Positions 61,404 to 64,000 of a stretch of 64,000 bases of DNA are shown piece by piece; position 1 is the first letter of the stretch, and the number at the start of each line of letters is the position of its first letter. The translations under genes and the position numbers were made by a program. The stretch comes from Giardia intestinalis. Taxonomy: Eukaryota. Below the pieces are notes generated by a model. The model was not told the DNA's origin and did not search any database. It saw only the letters and a program-made list of their open reading frames with translations. Location of the stretch: assembly GCA_000002435.2 (NCBI GenBank), contig CM018791.1. One strand, given 5' to 3'.

Positions 61404-62098
61404 GCATCCATGTGCCACATCACGGGCCCAGGGGGCGCAAGGACCCTGCAGGCCGCTCGGTGGCCAGGCGGGGCTTGGGAGTCGAGTCTCTTTGAAGTAG
61501 CAGGGCCGCGCGCCCGGAGGAGCCGCGGACACGTCTCAGGCAGGGCGACGGCCTCCGGTGCCCAAGACCGGTTACACACGGCGGGGTGGACAGAAATTAT
61601 AGTTTCATATGGCTCCTTTTGTCTAGGGAAGCAACTCGTAGTTATTTGGCTTCTATTTCAGAATATCTTTACTGAGCGTCAATTCTTGTGATACTACATA
61701 CTGAAGAGTTATAAAAAGTACTCAGAATATATTGTCAAGAGAATACGAAGCGCCTATACAATAGAGTGTACGCATATTATGCACGTATTCAGGCTCACTT
61801 TGCTTAGTTTAGTTGTATTTAGCTATAACTTTTCAGAGAACTTTACACTGGATTGCAAAGGCGCTCAGTGGTAAGTGACATTAGGATGAACGCAGATCTG
61901 GGTTATTTCTATTCATGGCATGGCTTGCACCTAACTAACCAGTAGAACTAATAGCTAATATCCATGAAATACTAGATACGTAGTTTACTGCACAACCTCA
62001 ATTAGAGCAAGTGGTAAGTACACTGCGATACGCTTCTTCAGCTGTGTACTCTTGAGTAGATATTTATAAGTAAAGCATCTGAGTATTAAGCATAGTGC

Positions 62099-63892
62099 TT
62101 ATTCTTTCACAAGGCCTCGCAGTATCTCTAATTGATCTCTTCGCAAAAACGCCGTAGCAAAGATAACGCCCTGAGTCCGTGGAATCTTGGTTTTAACGGC
62201 TCGCGGAGCAACTTGGAGAGAATATACTACAGCAATAAGACAAAATGCCACCAGCAGCGGATTATCCTTAAAATGTGAAGTGCAGTAGGTTAGAAGAGTA
62301 TCTACTGACAAACCGGCTATCATGAACAAGCGAAGAATCTCCGACCCGACCCCCTCTAAAGCAGTATTAAATGTTCTGTAGACAAGAATCTCACTCAAAG
62401 GGACGATGTCAGGTGACATCGCTGCCGTACGTAGAAGATAAATAAACAGTCTATCCACAGGAGACACAAACACAGATGGGTTTTCCAAGGCTAGCGCATA
62501 AGCAGTTTTAATCATCCTGAAGTCTCCTGCGCTGAGACCAATTGTTTCGCCCCCAGACTGCGAGGATGCAACTAGCCTACATAGCTCGTTCCTAGAGGCA
62601 GGGCCATCAAAAGCCCCCTGGCCTAAATTAACTATTGTCGCTGCACGCTCTGAGTACCAAGCTGCGTAGGAATATATCTTATTCCACTGGTAGCAAAGCA
62701 AAATTAGTTCAGGCGACTCTGCAGAGGCCTTCAAAATAAGGTAAAGCGATGTTCTAGAAAGGTTGTCCCTAAGAAATGGGTAATTTGACTTTGACTTGAC
62801 TTGAAGAGCTACATACAGCTGAAGTATATAAATAGAATCCGGATCTGGTTTGTTCGCAGGTCCATAGCTAGCCAGTACGAAGTCCTCAGTAAGCTGGTGG
62901 ACTTCTTTCTTAGTCGGACTAGAGAGGACAAAAGTTTTAGCGTCGACCAAAGAACGAATAACATTACGTGAGCAAGCTTCGAGTGGACTCGTTGATGCAT
63001 TTGGCAGAGTAGAGTCTTCTTGCATTTTGTTTTCCTCAGAACTATATGATGACAAACAAGAAGAGGCTAGATGCACTCCGGGATGCAGCACCGCTTGTAT
63101 CGCATCGTACATGCTATAGAGGTGAGATGAGCTCTTGTCTGTGAGCGTGCCGTTAACTCTGTCTAAAAGCTCATTGAGGGCTTGCTTAAAGGATGCGACT
63201 TGCAAACACACGCCTCCATAATTGAAATAGGTAAGAATGGAAAGGGTTAGATACTGAAAATTATGCTTAGCTATTAACGATGCAGAAGTGTGTTGCTTCC
63301 ACGTCTGCAGGAGCAAATCAACAAGACGACCAAATGCTCCATGGTCAAGGGGGAAAATACAATCAAGCACAGCATCATCAAGACTGCTATAGAGCGAACC
63401 CTGCTTCCCCAGAAACCCAATCTTTGTTGTGAAAATAAGAGATGAGTCAGAAAGCCCTGTGAGATCAACAACAATTTCCTTCAGCTTTTCAAAATCGTAC
63501 GTTTTGATATCATATTTGAACATCACTAGATATAAGTTGACTGTCGCTAAGCGCAACTCATTGATAGTGAGAATCCTATCTGGAAGCGGTTTTATCAAAG
63601 CGTATATGCATTCAAAAATTTCGCCTATTGCTTTCACATGAAGAGACTGAGAAAACGCATCGAAAAGAGCAACAAACCTTTCAAGGCAACGCGCAAAGAC
63701 AGAATCTAGCCCCTCGTGGCGCGACTCAGTGTAGTTCTTGGTCCACTTCATGTGCGTAGCAAGTGTACGGAAGAATGTGACTAGCACACTATTATAGCAG
63801 TCGACAAATGCCTCTGGAACATTATCTGGGAAGCTCTTTGCTATGCGTACAAGGCCGATAAGCAGTTTTTCAAAGCCAGCCAGCATGGTCAT
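62099..63892 (-). CDS. hypothetical protein (at least 597 aa); the reading frame remains open upstream to the window end, so the true N-terminus may lie outside the window
   Basis: ATG verified at 63892..63890. I checked that no in-frame stop occurs between 63893 and 64000. No recognised domain; a helical-repeat-like composition. Confidence 0.5.
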   Translation of the reverse strand: MTMLAGFEKLLIGLVRIAKSFPDNVPEAFVDCYNSVLVTFFRTLATHMKWTKNYTESRHEGLDSVFARCLERFVALFDAFSQSLHVKAIGEIFECIYALIKPLPDRILTINELRLATVNLYLVMFKYDIKTYDFEKLKEIVVDLTGLSDSSLIFTTKIGFLGKQGSLYSSLDDAVLDCIFPLDHGAFGRLVDLLLQTWKQHTSASLIAKHNFQYLTLSILTYFNYGGVCLQVASFKQALNELLDRVNGTLTDKSSSHLYSMYDAIQAVLHPGVHLASSCLSSYSSEENKMQEDSTLPNASTSPLEACSRNVIRSLVDAKTFVLSSPTKKEVHQLTEDFVLASYGPANKPDPDSIYILQLYVALQVKSKSNYPFLRDNLSRTSLYLILKASAESPELILLCYQWNKIYSYAAWYSERAATIVNLGQGAFDGPASRNELCRLVASSQSGGETIGLSAGDFRMIKTAYALALENPSVFVSPVDRLFIYLLRTAAMSPDIVPLSEILVYRTFNTALEGVGSEILRLFMIAGLSVDTLLTYCTSHFKDNPLLVAFCLIAVVYSLQVAPRAVKTKIPRTQGVIFATAFLRRDQLEILRGLVKE

Positions 63893-64000
63893 GTAGCTGT
63901 TTTCCGGGGGCTTTGCCCGAGCACTGTGTCCGTGCAGTTGGGGTTTTGGAGAGTTTAGCCCGGAAAATATCCGATCGCTGACACTCGCAATGATCAGAAG

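Larger units (their letters stand above)
59125..61527. repeat. Right arm of palindrome 2
   Basis: Mirror of 53901..56303. Confidence 0.85.

Noticed and set aside
1-64000. Prokaryotic features: CRISPR arrays, operons, RBS, rho-independent terminators, integrons
   Set aside because: None were found. The gene content (VSP/HCMP, NEK-ankyrin expansions, a eukaryotic tRNA without CCA, PP2A, HECT, YEATS, DSS1) and the signals (A-rich initiators, AGTAAAC polyA signals) are eukaryotic Giardia-like, so prokaryotic defence-system framing does not apply.
1-64000. Telomeric (TAGGG)n repeats or rDNA that would mark a subtelomere, given the VSPs and the LINE
   Set aside because: I found no TAGGG/CCCTA tandem arrays. 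The GC-rich segments could not be matched to rRNA from memory, so this is left as an open check rather than a claim.

Overview
This window is eukaryotic, not prokaryotic, and is best explained as nuclear DNA of the diplomonad Giardia intestinalis (lamblia). It contains a variant-specific surface protein (VSP) with GGCY motifs, dense CXXC spacing and the invariant C-terminal ...CRGKA tail, and a 1693-aa high-cysteine membrane protein (HCMP). It also carries several NEK-like kinase/ankyrin-repeat (protein 21.1-type) genes and a degenerate non-LTR retrotransposon of the GilM/GilT/GilD type with an RT domain (QGDPLS, YADD) and a CCHC plus restriction-like endonuclease domain. Genes are intronless and tightly packed, with short A-rich initiator regions and AGTAAAC-type polyadenylation signals that overlap or immediately follow stop codons. 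Housekeeping genes include a HECT E3 ligase (C-terminus cut by the window start), a PP2A catalytic subunit, a p24/GOLD cargo receptor, transketolase, a SAMHD1-like HD-domain dNTPase, riboflavin kinase, a YEATS protein, a DSS1/SEM1-like micro-protein, several large hypothetical proteins and two tRNA-Lys(CUU) copies. The most striking structures are two large palindromes. (1) A perfect 4996-bp inverted repeat (5975..10970 and 16768..21763) carries a NEK pseudokinase gene, tRNA-Lys, a 610-bp GC-rich block (about 73% GC) and 1.8 kb of ORF-free DNA; its 5.8-kb spacer holds the HCMP gene. (2) A 2.4-kb perfect inverted repeat (53901..56303 and 59125..61527) carries two identical head-to-head VSP genes separated by a spacer containing the decayed LINE reverse transcriptase. 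The ORF track uses non-ATG starts (TTG) in places, so I checked starts against the sequence. No CRISPR arrays, operons or prokaryotic signals were found.
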